DNA of 64,000 nucleotides from Octopus vulgaris. Its lineage: Eukaryota. This document shows, one piece after another, positions 37,473-51,760 of this stretch; positions within the stretch are counted from its first letter, which is position 1; each line of letters starts with the position of its first letter. Under the pieces are notes generated by a model. That model was not told the DNA's origin. It worked only from the letters and a program-made list of their open reading frames with translations, and did no database searches. A program made the position numbers and the translations under genes. Location of the stretch: the NCBI GenBank assembly GCA_951406725.2, contig OX597817.1, forward strand, positions 58,962,001 to 59,026,000, written 5' to 3'.

Positions 37473-38113
37473 GCACACTCCCTCCACCAACACCATCACT
37501 ATTACTACTGTGATAAATAACACTATAGCCCCGCACCCCGCCACATCTTCACCGTCACCATCACCACAACACTTCTGTATCTCAACCGCTCCCTACCTCC
37601 ACCACTCCCCCTCCCTCACCCACCCACCCCGCTACTTCTCCCTTTACCTGTCATCACACACCGGTGTTATCCCGACCCTATTATTACTACTCCACCACCA
37701 CCACCAACCCCGACCAACCGCTTCCCGCTACTCCTACTTCTACTCCCTCACCCCACTCTTCCATCCCGCCCTGCCATCATTCTGCTCCTACTCTTTCCCC
37801 CCACCCCACCCAACCACCTACCCCGATACACCTCATTCTGGCTTTGTTTTCTTATTTCTAGCAGATCTCTTCATTATTTCGGTCTCGCATCGCTTCAACA
37901 TCCCCCCACCTAACACCCAACACCCTTCGCCTTCTGCTTCCTCCGCTTCCTCCTCCTCCTCCTCCTCCTACTACTACTACTACTACTACAACTACCACTA
38001 CTACTACTATCACTATTCCTCTTTCACTTACGGCATTCTTGCGGTTTTCTTACAACTACTACACCGATTCCACCGTCGCCTTACACCACCTCTTCCTCTC
38101 TATCGTAACCCTC

Positions 38114-38180
<67 letters not shown>

Positions 38181-38276
38181 TGAATGTATGCTAGAGAAAG
38201 CTAAAACGAGCGTAGTATAAGATAGTCACAAATATAAATATATATACATATATACACACACACACACACAGAGTCA

Positions 38277-38331
<55 letters not shown>

Positions 38332-38656
38332 CCACCCCTTCACATCCTTCCTCCAACTGCTACCATTCTTCGCACCGTCGTTTCTTCTTCGGTGCGTTTC
38401 CCTCTGCAACCGATGCATCGAAAAAGCAACACCAAAAAGGACACTTGCAACAAGCGAAATCGTTACCATAACAACGAAGAAGAGAAAAAGCGATGCAACT
38501 ACCTTATGCAGTACATCTTCAGCGTGGCACTTAGAGAGGACGACTCGATAGTTCCATCATCGTACCCGTAGCAGCCAAACATCTTAGCGTTCGCTTGTTT
38601 CTACTCTTTTACTTTCAACTTTTCTCTTTTCATCTACTTCTCCGTCTGCCTATCTT

Positions 38657-38727
<71 letters not shown>

Positions 38728-39181
38728 ATGTACAAATTCCGGTGATTTGATCTGAGTCTGCGTGTTGACACAAAAGCTATTACAACATCGGAGACATTAC
38801 CATTCAAAAACCACAAAGACTGTTAACTTTACTTTAAAATTTATTATCCAGTGTTACGCTTTTTCGTCGCACCAACTGCAACCTGGTCACTGACACCGTT
38901 CCCCCACCCCATCCCTCTTCGTCTCTTATTTATTCTCACTCACAAACATTCCTCCTAGGAACCCTTTAAAATCCCTTCCTCTTCTCTTTTCATCTACTTC
39001 TCCGCACATCTCCTCCTCCTTCTCCTCTTCCTTGCTTATTGAAGAAGTTTGGTCAGCACCAAACTTCACACACACGATGAGAACAACATCACGTGCTCTC
39101 TCCCGCTGCGACGCTGCTCTCCTCCCCCTCTACCGTCTGCTCTGACCACAAACCGACGACATTATACCACCTGGTCAGAAG

Positions 39182-39257
39182 ATGTCTACTCACTGGAATC
39201 TAAAGACAAACTTGGTCAACAACGATTCCTCATCGTCACTTACTCCAATTCTTAACG
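39182..39257 (+). CDS. Candidate first coding exon of a host gene (MSTHWNLKTNLVNNDSSSSLTPILN, phase 1)
   Basis: aagATG context, open frame to a donor-like ACG|GTGAGC; upstream 38330-39180 is TE-free, CpG-containing and UTR-like. No homology recognised. Confidence 0.35.
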
Positions 39258-40407
39258 GTGAGCATTGCTAGCCTTTTTGTTTTTCTCTTCTCTTCATTTC
39301 TTCTTTTTCTTCTTTCTTTCTTTCTCTCTGCTTGTCTCTCTTATCGTTGCAAACTGAAACCAGGTAACAATATTGTGTGTTAAAGGTGTCATGCTACCTG
39401 TATTTTGAACAAAAAATTGGCTAGCCATATAACGTGCTACAACAAGCTATTAATATTCTGAACCCAAGCAGGGTACTTGTATTGTAATTGTTGAGTACCG
39501 TACATTAACTTAGAGTTGGGTACCGGGTATTTAAGATGAAGACTGATGTCGATCACCTGTATACATTGGAGAACGGGGTATATATATTCCGTGCTTTAAC
39601 AAGGTATACATACAATAAACACATACACACACACACATACACACACTCGCATACATATTCTGAATGCAAAGTGGATACCTGTAGAATACCTCTATTAACA
39701 CAATTGATTAAAGTTAGACACCAACAAAATGAAATAATATCGGTTGCCTATATTTCTCTGAGAATATGGTGTATACACTCTATACTAAAGCAATACTTAT
39801 AAATGTGTGTGTGTATCGTAGCTGGTTGACTGTATTGTGTATCAAAGCGGGGTATCTGTATTGTGTGACATAGTAGGGTACCTGCTTTGTGTACCACAGT
39901 GGGGAGTAATTGTTTTGTGTGCCATAGCTTTGTGTATCAAAATTGAGTCTGTATTTGAGTACCAGAGCAAAGTGTTTATACTGTTTATTTAAAGATGTGT
40001 ATTTGTACCCATTTTGGGGTACAGAGTACCCCAAAATGGGTACAAATATTGTTAGCGGGTAATATTTGTGTACATTGCAAGCAAGAGAAATGTGTGTAGG
40101 TGTGGAGCGGGGTATGCTGTGATCTCCACGTAGATCGATAGCAAGAAGCAGTACCAGTACCAACCCAAAGACCGAAGAGAGCGAATGGCATATTCTTCGT
40201 GTATTTGCTGAACATAGTGTGTACACGGTATTACTGGTATGTTTGTGTAAATAAATGTTTACATGCATACACGCACATGCAACTCACACATACACACACA
40301 CTCCTTCATGGATATATACATACATTTGTACGTCTATACATAAAAACACATTTAAACATACACACATACGAGTTCTTTTGTCTTAAACATTACAGCCATG
40401 TGTGGGT

Positions 40408-40441
<34 letters not shown>

Positions 40442-40597
40442 TATACCTGTGTATATGTGCGTGAGTATTTTTTTGTATTTGTCTTTTTCATCACAATTTC
40501 AAATTTATCTATTTATGTCTATCTCTCTATTTATCTATCTATCTATCCATCTATCTTTTTTCTCTCTCTTTCTCCCTCTATCTATCTACGTACCTAC

Positions 40598-40678
<81 letters not shown>

Positions 40679-41260
40679 GATCTGTCTATCTATATACCTA
40701 CCTACCTATCTATTTATCTACCTATCTATCTATCTATTTATCTACCTACCTACCTACCTACATACATACATACATACATACATACATACATACCTATCTA
40801 TCTACCTATCTATCTATCGATCAATCTACCTACCTACCGACCTACATACATACATACATACATACCTACATACCTACCTACCTACCTACCTATCAATCTA
40901 TCTATCTATCTATCTATCTACCTATCTGCAGCTCTCTCCTCATCTTCGTCCATCTGTTTGTCTGCCTGTCACTTTCTATATAAGCAACATACATGTGCGC
41001 ACGCGCACGTGTATGTATGGGAACATGGATACATGTACCTACATATTGTTTTGTTTTGTCCCCCCCCCCCCCAACGTCACCCGCTTTCCACATTATTCCG
41101 TTCAACGTTCCGTCCTAAAACACCACAGGCCTCAACAGCCCCAACTTGATGTCTTCGAAAATAATTCTCCGAGAATAATAAACAAGATCATGCACAGCAT
41201 GCACAGTACTTGTGGCCGTTGACAGATCACAACCACACACACACGGGTAATACATATTTA

Positions 41261-41493
41261 GAGGCGGCGAGCTGGCAGAAACGTTAGCACGCCGGGCGAA
41301 ATGCGTAGCCGTATTTCGTCTGCCGTTAAGTTCTGAGTTCAAATTCCGCTGAAGTCGACTTTGCCTTTCATCCTTTCGGGGTCGATAAATTAAGTACCAG
41401 CTACGCACTGGGGTCGATATAATCGACTTAATCCGTTTGTCTGTCCTTGTTTGTCCCCTCTGTGTTCAGCCCCTCGTGGGTAGTAAACAAATA
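41261..41493 (+). mobile_element. Full-length SINE-B with 12-bp target-site duplication
   Basis: TSD aatacatattta at 41249-41260 and 41494-41505. Confidence 0.95.
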
Positions 41494-41516
41494 AATACAT
41501 ATTTATCCCTATAGAC

Positions 41517-41770
41517 CAGAGGTTCTCAAGTGGGGGTCCGTATGACCCTTGTGAGTTCGTATGTCCCTTGGACGTCCATATAAGATTTTGATGTTGTTAA
41601 AATGTATCAGCAACAAACTTGTCCTTGCACAATTCACAGAATATTTTAACAAACTTTTATACAATTCCAACCAATATTTGATTATAAAAATGCTACAGGA
41701 TTGTTTTTAAAGACATGGAATGGTTATGAGGGTCCTGTAGAGTGAAATAGGAAGGAAAGGGGTCAGTAGG
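41517..41770. mobile_element. hAT (Charlie-like) MITE remnant
   Basis: Starts cagaggttctcaa..gggggtccg..gaccc; right TIR not visible. Confidence 0.5.
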
Positions 41771-42188
41771 TGGGGAGGGAGGGGGAGAACAACAGACGGA
41801 CTGAGAGAAAGGGGATGAGCAACAGAAAGAAAGTGAGAAAGAACGACAGAGAGAACAGAGGGAGAGAGTGAGAGAGCAGGAGAAAGACAGAGGGGGGGAG
41901 ATAAATGGAAAGAAAGAGACAGAAAGGGGAGATTTGGACAAAGAGGAAAAGAGAGAGAGAGAGAGAAGTGGGGGAATAAGAAAATAGGTGGGGAAGGGTT
42001 TAATTAAATGTGAAGTTTCATACTGTCACGTGTTTCCGTTAATCGTTTATAACAAACCTATTACTGCCACTTCAATGAGCTGTGAGGGAACCATAGGCCA
42101 ACTATGTGGTCACTGGGGTTATCAGAAATAGCAGCTGAATGAGCTATCTGGTCCCCAAGTCTGTCAACATTGGTGGCTTATCTCAACT

Positions 42189-42350
42189 AGGGCCGAATTA
42201 AGAACCGTAGAGGCCCTAAACACTTGAAAGATTTCGGTGACCCTATATATACGTAATTCAAAATATAAACAATAACAAGCCATAGAGTAACGGATGGAAA
42301 GTAAGGTTTCTTTTTGTATATTTCCACTTTATATTTATATTTGGAAAGTT
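42189..42350. mobile_element. hAT (Tip100-like) terminal fragment
   Basis: tagggccgaattaag..gaggccctaa end motif. Confidence 0.4.
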
Positions 42351-42654
42351 TTCTCTTCCTTTTCTTAATTGCTCTCTTCGATCAGATCCTTGTTTTGGAA
42401 TTATATTTTCGATCATGTAAACCACATCGAATTTTATTTTAACAAGTAAAGTGATTTCTTTTGTGCCGTAGACCATTTCCCATTTCTGTGGTTCCCCTCT
42501 TCTATATAGATCATGCCATTCTTCCCGTCGCTCCTCCTTAACTTTCCACGTGCAACCTAGACATCTCACGTGAAATCTGCGGAAACATTTCGCACCACAT
42601 TCTTCAATCCGGCCATGCCATCTGCAAAAACACACAATCACTTTACACTTCTCG

Positions 42655-42870
42655 GTTTCAAAATCAGGTACGAGTCCGGCGATATTGAGGTGAAGGAATA
42701 AGTCAATTAAATCGACCCCAGTGTTCAACTGGTACTTCATTTATCGACCTTGAAAGGATGTAAAACAAAGTAGATTACAATGGGATTTGAACTCAGAACG
42801 TGAAGACGAACGAAATGCCGCCAAGCATTTTCTTCATCTCGCTAACGATTCTACCAGCTCGACACCTTAA
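42655..42870 (-). mobile_element. SINE-B
   Basis: tcgaccccagtgttcaactggtactt..gatttgaactcagaacgt..ccagctcg. Confidence 0.85.
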
Positions 42871-43134
42871 TTGCTATGCGCATATCATGAGATCATTAAC
42901 ACACACACACACACACACACATACACACACACAGAATTGCCAATGTCTCTCCAAATGCTAGGCAGTCTTATCGTCACTAAGAATCGTTTCTAGGCAATAC
43001 ACATCTTCCGTCCATCCCCTCCTCTTCCACCCATTATTCCTAAGAGGGGCCTGGAGATAGAGTCCTCAGGCCCCTCATCCATAAGGTCCTATCAGTACAA
43101 TAGTCATTACATCTCGCTAAATTCCCAAGCGTGA

Positions 43135-43395
43135 CCAAGTGAGACGATGGATGTCATCCAACCATCTCGTTCTTGGTCGACTCCTCGGTTTCCTGCCAGT
43201 TGTCTCAGCTTCAAGAATCCATCTTGCGATACTTTCCTGCAACATTCTCATCACATGGCCACAGAACTGGAGCTTTGACTCCCCAATGTGGAGAATTAGC
43301 CGTGTGACTTGGGAACGACTGCCTTTTCTCCAAGAGAGGCACCCTGTTGAGTTATGTTACTCCAGAAATTCTTCAGAGGAACCCCATTACAAAAA
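43135..43395 (-). mobile_element. RTE-clade LINE fragment
   Basis: KLQFCGHVMRM..GRKPRSRPRTRWLDDIHRL on the minus strand. Confidence 0.8.
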
Positions 43396-43729
43396 CTAGT
43401 TTTCCTTTTCGGTTCCAGCTAAAACTTGAGCTCTAATAACCAGCACTATTATAAAGCTGAAGCGAGAACTACAATTCCTGAATGCCCAAGGTACTGCATG
43501 GTACACCTTTACGCACGCGCGCGTCCAAAGCCAGTCCACCTGACTGACAAACACAAACTCGCTAACACACTCCATCCTCTTCTCCACAGACATCTTGTCT
43601 CCTCTTTCAATCTTGTTTGCTGCTACTACAGTAGCCTTTACTCTTCTCGGCTCGCTGATTCTCCTATCACCTCCACTCAAGTCTACCCGAGCCGTTGTTT
43701 GTCTTTCTCATCTTCTCTTCATCTATATC

Positions 43730-44070
43730 GATTTCTTTACTACCCACAAGGGGCTAAACACAGAGGGGACAAACAAGGACAGACAAAGGGATCGACCCCA
43801 GTGCGTAACTGGTACTTAATTTATCGACCCCGAAAGGATGAAAGGCAAAGTCGACCACGGCGTCGTCGCTGTTTGACGTCGGTTGTTCCATGCTTGCGTG
43901 GATCAGACGGATTTTGTTGAGGTAGATTTTCTCCGACTAGATGCTCTTCTTGTCGCCAACCCTCAACTTCTTTCAAGCAAGGTAATATTTCCCCGCAGCT
44001 TGACATATTTTCGTGGAATATACAAAACGGACAACACCGCTTGTATGACGGTGATGCTCATTTACTGCCA
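43730..44070 (-). mobile_element. SINE-B 3' part joined to another retroposon fragment
   Basis: atttctttactacccacaaggggctaaac.., then a segment whose reverse complement reads gggttggcgacaagaagagcatctag. Confidence 0.7.
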
Positions 44071-44516
44071 TCATATTGGCCAAACAAGCCACCTCAGGAC
44101 CCACAAAGAGTAAAGCTGCTAACCAAAGATATGAAGGGCGAACGTGTGTAGTTGTAGCTGCAGCGCCCTACATGTGAGAGGAGCAGCATTCCATTGAGTG
44201 CATTACTTAAGGCTTTTCGTAGATAAGTGACCAAAGGTGGCTTGAGTAGTCTATGGCTTTTAACAACAAAATCGGCCTTAATAACGTTTTTCTCAAGTTT
44301 GGGTCAGATCCCAATAGAAACGTAGAAATTAAAGAATTTGGCTCTGGGACTCAACGTGTGAGTTAAGGACCTCGTTGGTTTGAAACAACCCGAGGTACTT
44401 TCGCATTTGATGAGTGCGTGTGAGAGTATGTATATGGTGTGTGTAAGTGTAGCTGTTAGTGAAGCTGGTGGAATTGAGGGGGCTCAGTCTGTGAGTGTTG
44501 ATCGAATGTTTGCTGT

Positions 44517-44840
44517 GAAGGTGCGTGGTATAGTGGTTAGGGCATTCGGCTCGCGGTCGTAAGGCCGAAAGTTGGATTCCCGGCGGCGAGTTGTGTCCTT
44601 GAGCAAGAGACTTTATTTCACGTTACTGTAATACACTCAGTTGGCAAAAGTGAGTTATACCCGGTATTCAAAGGGTCGGCCTTGTCATATTCTGTGTCAC
44701 GCTGAATCTCCCTGAGAACTACATTAAGGGTGCATGTGTCTGTGGAGTACTCAGCCACATGCACGTTGATTTCACGGGCAGACTGTTCCGTTGATCGGAT
44801 CAACTGCAACCCTCACCGTCGTAACCGACGGAGGACCAGT
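44517..44840 (+). mobile_element. tRNA-derived SINE family D, near full length
   Basis: Head ggtgcgtggtatagtggttaggg..gattcccggc, then gtgtccttgagcaag; same head at 60636-60745. Confidence 0.82.
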
Positions 44841-45201
44841 TCTATCATGTGTGGAGTTGTGTTCAAAGCGGGCAGTAAATGAGGAGACTCTTTCAACGGG
44901 AAGTTCCGCTTGAAGGACCACCAGGATTAAGAAATAGCAAAATGGTTGAAAAGAATCGGCTTCGCTTTGGGATGTGAAAATGCTTGACATAGTACCATCT
45001 ACAGAGGTATCCTTTGAATTTGGGGATGATGGAATGCTTTGGATGCGAAAAAGATATTAAGAGTTTTTGGAATGTCTGTGTTCCAGTCAGAAATACATAT
45101 TTACGCTGAAACTAATCGATGCAAAGAGAAAAAAATTGCAAAAGATTCTGTTTCTGCACCACCATCACCATCTTCATCATCATCACCATTTATTATTATT
45201 A

Positions 45202-45248
<47 letters not shown>

Positions 45249-45567
45249 ATCATAGATGAATAATTCCCGCGAGCAACAAACCGAGGGAAGTTCAATAGTC
45301 AACATTGGAAATCAAATCTCTCTGCTGACATAGTTGTATGTAGTTGCCGTCTGTCGTCTGCTTACGTTAAGACGTCTCTATTACATTCGCGCCAAAATTC
45401 TAACAAACAGAGCACTAAAGTGCAACCATTCCAGCCTTAGAGTCTTCTATAATAAAAGAACAGTGTGGATATATTTTGTCTTGTTCAAATTCTTATCCTA
45501 GATTTCTAGAATTTCACGTTACTTAACTTTTCAGAAAAAGCCCACTATATTTATCTCATTATATTCC

Positions 45568-45604
<37 letters not shown>

Positions 45605-45617
45605 CTCATTATATTCC

Positions 45618-45678
<61 letters not shown>

Positions 45679-46549
45679 ATATACATATATTTATATATGA
45701 AATTAAATTACACGGAAAAGTCCGTGTTTGTATGTAGATTGAAGTAAGATGCAGTAGACAAAGGTATGAAAACTGACAAACCGGTGCTTTCAACCAAAAG
45801 TATTTTGTCCTATTTCTTCCGCCTGGCAGAGATGAGTCCTTTGTCTCACTTGCCGCTATCATCATCACTGTGAACATATGCTTAATCCGTTGGATAGCTT
45901 TAACCACGGACGCTATTATTGACCAACAGACGTATAAATTTAATTAATAAATTTAATCAATCAATCAATCAATAACTGTTTCTACTTCCGGTGTCTAAAT
46001 ATACTCACCAATGGACCGGTTTTCTCGAAACTTCCAAACGAAGTCGCCGAAATACTATTATGAGTGCTAACACATCACCTAACGCTTTGTGAAAGATTGA
46101 TTTTCTTCTGCGCAGAGAAGTAAGTCCAACTCTCGAGTCTTCGTGTGTCTTTAAACAATTCTTTATTATTGGATGTCTATTGTCTGTTGTGTTTGGCAAC
46201 TTGGATTTAGAATATCTGTTGCAATTGGCAGATTGCCAAGAAGCCATGTTATAAACGAAGGAGTATTGAATTCTAACGGAAAAAGCCATCAATCTTAAAA
46301 TCTCTACCAATGATTTTTTCAGATCTTTATCGGTTCCAACAATGGAAATTTATGAAGTTTGGAAATTTTCCCAAGATTTCAAGTTTCCAAGTTTAGATAA
46401 GATATTCCTTTGGTCAATACGATATTACGATTTGGTGAATTGCCCCAATTTTAACTGAAAAACAAAAGTGTAGGTTTAAACATATAAACTGAAAGCCTGC
46501 TATTGGGTATTGTAGTTCTTGTTGCGGCTGTTGTTGCTGCTGCTGCTGC

Positions 46550-46584
<35 letters not shown>

Positions 46585-46689
46585 TCCACGTTAACTCGGA
46601 TTAAGTAGACCTATGATCGAAAGACGTTCCAGCAGTGATCATCCCATCGTCCTTTTTTTCTTCCATTCTTTGTTTCGGACATACACACA

Positions 46690-46852
46690 TGCATGGCTGT
46701 GTGGTTAAGAAGCTTGCTTTGCAACCACATGGTTCCGAGTTCAGTCCTACTGCGTGACACCTTGGACAAGTGTCTTCTACTATAGCCCCGGGCCAATTAA
46801 TGCCTTTGTGAGTGAACTTGGTAACCGGAAACTGTATCGAAGCTTGTCGTAC
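46690..46852 (+). mobile_element. SINE-A 5' half
   Basis: gcatggctgtgtggttaagaagcttgctttgcaaccacatggttcc. Confidence 0.85.
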
Positions 46853-47062
46853 ATAATAACAACAGTGGCGTCTCCTACTGACAAATACCCACCATACATT
46901 TTACTTTTCCAATCCAAAGGGTTTCCAAACCAATATTATTGACAGTTTTACGAGTTCAACCGTTACAATTTCTTATGATATAAGCAGCATACAATTCAGT
47001 GGTGTAATGTCGAGTGCTTTGGTCAAATGGCTGAACGTCTATCATGTTTACAAATGATGCGG

Positions 47063-47367
47063 GTTCTAGTCCAACGGGGGTCATACGAATTTTTCTACTC
47101 AAAAGGTTTTTAACCCAATATATACACGCTAGTATTTATAGCTTTATCTCCTTCGAGTTTCACAGTTAGAGTTGTGATTTTTGTTTGTTTGTTTTTTATC
47201 TACTGGGTGTTGGGGAAAGAGGAGTAGTCATAGATTTCCCAGCCCCCTCTTCGAAGGATGCGTTTACTGTCATCTGTTCTAGTCCAACGGGGGTCATATG
47301 AATTTTTCTACTCAAAAGGTTTTTAACCCAATATATACACGCTAGTATTTATAGCTTTATCTCCTTC
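47063..47367. repeat. ~92-bp direct repeat (47063-47154 and 47276-47367)
   Basis: gttctagtccaacggggg..ctttatctccttc occurs twice. Confidence 0.92.
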
Positions 47368-47641
47368 TGGAGTCTTTTGTAAGACAAGATTTGCAGGAAA
47401 GATATGAGCGGGGAGGGGGGGATTAGGGGAAGGAAGGAAGGAAAGATTGGGTGTAGTGATTAGAGCAGGGCCTGGAGTGTTGGACGCAGGAAGGATGATA
47501 AGAGGAAGAGACAAGTGTAAGATAGGAACACCTGAATGGGTACGGTATGAACTTAGTCGACTCCGAGGAGGAGATGTCATTATTGGAACGGCAAGAGAGG
47601 CAAAGGTAGTTTGCATTCATATGATTCTTCTTCCTTCGCCT

Positions 47642-48035
47642 TGCGCAGGCATGGTTGAGTGGTTAAAAAGCTCGTTCTGCATCCATGTGGTTTCAGGTTC
47701 AGTCCAACTACGCGGCACCTCTATTATAGCCCCCTCGCCACCACGGACGACCAATACCTTGTCAGTGTAAAAGTGGTAGAGGGGAATCCCGTCGAATGTA
47801 TATTCATGTATGAGTGCGTGTAGGACTTTGCATTTGTTCCCTCCAAACCGCTCAACAACCGATGTTGGTTTGTTTACGTCTCTCGTAACTTAGCAGTTCG
47901 GCAATAGAGAACGAATGAATAAGTACCAGACTTAAAATAATGAACACCGGGGTCGATCTTTTTCGGCTAAAAGCTTTTAAGGTGTTACTCCAGAATGGCC
48001 GCAGTCCAATGACTGAAGCAAGTAAAAGATAAAAG
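47642..48035 (+). mobile_element. Diverged full-length SINE-A
   Basis: gcgcaggcatggttgagtggtt..aatggccgcagtccaatgactgaagcaagtaaaagataaaaga. Confidence 0.85.
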
Positions 48036-49619
48036 ATGATACTGGACAAGTTTCAAAAGTTTAAAGCCGACATCATTTTCTTAAAACATGGTAACTTGAC
48101 CCCCTTCCCGCCTTTTTTTCAATTCTCCCAAACTCAAGGAGGGAACATGCGAAGCATCTTCTATGAGAAATCTTACATTAATCCCTGGTGGCGGGCGTTC
48201 ATTTCTCAAGCATTAGCACCAACCAATTCTCACATAAATTTGTTCGTCTCGCCCCGCCGCCTCACTTTATTTTAATCCTTTCCAATGTTTATTTGAATTA
48301 ACACGAAAAATATTTTTATCATAACATTTCATGATTTTTTTTTTGGGGGGGGCAGATTTCGTATTCTGCTGTGATTTTTGTTGATCGTTTTTGAAATTTG
48401 TATAAATTCTACCTCTTTACAGATATTTGACAATGGAGTGCCAAGTAGGAACAAAAACCAATAATTTTATCTGACAACCGAATATGTGTGCGTGGGTGTG
48501 GGTGTGTGTGGTGTGGGTGAATCAGTTTGTCGGTCAGTCTTTATGTATGTATGTATGTATGTATGTATTAAACTGCATCAGATGGTGAGGCTTGAATTTG
48601 GAAACTGAAGCGAGTGTGGACTTGCCCCTTAACGACTATTACTCCCAGATCCGTTCTGACTCGAAACGGTAGTACCTACCAGGGTCCTGCCTATGGTCTA
48701 AATAGATTTTCCAAAGGCCAGAGCAGACTCCTGTTACATTTGGCAAAGTCGTGAGGAAGGCAGCTCTTTTAGGAGAAAGATACTCTGACATAAAACTTGT
48801 GGTCATCTTGCGATGCTGGTCAGTGGAACTTATCTGGTGACCGAGAGAGTGGCAAAAGTGTTGTTGAAAAACCTTTTGCCACTTCAATCGAATGACCTAT
48901 GGGTGCCGGACTATCATTTCATTTTATGAAGTCCAGTGGTGATGGATCTGTGCACAGGAAAGGATGGAAGTAAACCAAGACAATCAGGCTGACTGTGAGA
49001 CGGCAATCACCTGACAAGATGGAGCAATCATGCATGCATGTATGCAAATTAGGTTGTCAGATAAGTTCGTTTATTAACTGGAAAAATATTTTTACCCAAT
49101 GTTTATGGAGGTTTTGTAGTTCTATTCGACCTCTACAACATTAATTTATCGTTATCGAAATTTGAATAAATTTTTCCTCTTTTCAAACATATAACTATTG
49201 AGTGCCAAGTAGGTAAAAAAAAAATTGATAATAAAAGATACACAAACGAGTTTATCTGATAATCCAATAGTTCTAAGTCTCGCATTGTAGTTAGTTTTTC
49301 CATTGTAGCTTTTGTAATGATTCCGCAAGCAAAAACAACGCAGCGACGATAAAGAGAGACAAAAATCAATAGAAAGATTTAGAGGAGACACGTCAGTTAA
49401 AAGAAAAAAGAAAAGCTTCCTGCCAGACCAAAATATTCACAACACGAAACACTGACGGTATCAAGTTTCAACGTTAAAAGCGGATTGTTTTTGAATCAAG
49501 TCACATGTTGTATTGACTGTGATGAATGCCGTTTCTAGCTCTTCCATCTGATACGTTGCGAGATCGATACCAAAGATGCAAGGTTCATATATCTTAGGAA
49601 CGATATATATATGTGTATG

Positions 49620-49685
<66 letters not shown>

Positions 49686-49727
49686 AATATATATATATAC
49701 ATGCATATATATGTAAATGTAAACGCA

Positions 49728-49777
<50 letters not shown>

Positions 49778-49787
49778 ATGTATACGT

Positions 49788-49995
49788 TCTTTTATTCTTT
49801 TACTTCGGCCATGCTGGAGCACCACCTTAAAGCGTTTTAGTCGAACAAATCGATCCCAGGACTTGTTCTTTGTAAGCCTAGTACTTATTTTGTTGGTCTA
49901 AGTTATGGGGACGTAAACACACCAACATCGGTTGTCAAGCGATGGTGGAGGGACAAACAGACACAGAGAAACACACACACATAAACACACACACA
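49788..49995 (-). mobile_element. SINE-A 3' part
   Basis: cggccatgctggagcacc..ggacgtaaacacacca. Confidence 0.85.
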
Positions 49996-50491
49996 TACGC
50001 ATGCATATGTATACACCTTGCAATCTCCATATTGGACAATTTTAGGCAAATGGTCGAAGAGAGGTATGAATGCCTCAAATACTCCGTCAACACATGCTTA
50101 TATAGAACAGCAAGTAAACGGGGGCAATAAAATAACTGATAAAAGATCTGAGAGAAATACATTGATATCATAGCAAAAACTCTGATAAAAGATCTGATGG
50201 AAATCCAATAAGATGACAGGGAGGTCAATAAAGGAGTTCATAAAAGGAAACGCTAATAAAAGAATCGATAGGTATATTATAATTTTGTGGAAGTAACCGG
50301 TGCATTCCATTAATGTCAACGTAATAAACATGCAGGGAAGAAAATACATTTGTAGAATCTCTAATATTATTTTAATCCATTTTGAACTGAAGGCAGAAAA
50401 CTTTAAACATGTTTCGGTCTTATTTGAGCTCGTCATTGAAGCATAAACTTCCTTGTATTTGCTGATAGTTTGTAATATTAATTGCACTTTA

Positions 50492-50710
50492 AGGCAGCGA
50501 GCAGGTAGAAGCGTTATCTCACCAGACAAAACGCTTAGCTTAGCGGCATTTCGTCTGTCTTTATGTTCTGAGTTCAAATTTCGCCGAGGTCGCCTTTGCC
50601 TTTCATCCTTTAGGATTCGATCAAATAAGTACCAGTTGTGTACTGGAGTCGATGTAATCGAATTATCCCCTCCCCACAAAATTACTGGCCTGTGACAAAA
50701 TTTGAAACCC
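50492..50710 (+). mobile_element. SINE-B
   Basis: ggcagcgagcaggtagaagcgtta, core, caaaatttgaaacc. Confidence 0.85.
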
Positions 50711-51760
50711 TTATTTATTGCATTATTTATGATAACTCTAAACTACTTTTTACAGCAGATAACGCCGCTGAGGAACTTAACGCAGTGACATGTTTGTTAA
50801 AAATTACGTGACTCTTTCTCGTCTACTTGTATATAACATTGTACATTTGGTTAGTGATTTTCTCACCACAACGTGCGCAAGTAAAGGGAAGTCTATCGGG
50901 ATTCATTAAAAGTCATCATTTGACTTAGCCCTACAAAGCTGCGTTTACTTATAAAGGACGAGGGGCAATTTGAAAGCAGCGACAGTTTGTCTCAAGCACC
51001 AAGTACTGGTATTTCGCAAAGTGCCAGACATGGAAGCAAGCGTGGAAGTGAGGACGAGAAAGCAGAAGCGAGGGTAAGGTTAAAGAGGAGGCAACAAGAA
51101 CGTAAATAATATGATCGAAATGTATGCAAATTTCTTTTCTTCTTTCTCCTCTCTTCCATTACAATCGTTTCGACTCCTATTTGTGCTCACACATGCACCG
51201 TTATAAAGTCTTCGTCATATTATGGACATTCTTTCTTTCCAGGTCTTTGCACCAGTCGTAACACATTCTCCATCTTTTCATTAGTACTTTATTGTGATGC
51301 TCTCCCGACGCAGAACTCAATCTTTTGTCATATCACTGTTGGATTTTTATACATTTTTCTCCAATTTTAATATTATTTTTCTTCTACTTCTCTTCTCTCC
51401 CTAAACTCGCACTTTTCGTCTCTCCTCTTTCCACTTTCTCCATTTCTCTTTCCGCTTCTCTTTCAAGTGCTGGGGTCAATATAACCACTTGTTTCCTCTC
51501 GCCAAATTTATGGCCTTATACTTCTGTCAGACATTATTAATTAATTAGAGGGGTATATATGGCACTCACAATCTTGGAGGCGTTGTGGACTCTCTATCGT
51601 AATGAAATCCATTGAATGTTTACATTATCGTAGTGAAGGCAGGCTCGATGATTTGGCGGTAGATGAGACGAGATTTATGCAGAGAAATAATTCTCTAAAA
51701 TGCTAAAAGCAGAAGTTTTGTCATATTTCCAGGATAAACTCTTTAATTCTACTTCCCTTA

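Noticed and set aside
45548-45670. Duplicated tatttatctcattatattcctgca(TA)n; also a 23-bp duplication at 2274-2319
   Set aside because: Ordinary slippage duplications next to microsatellites
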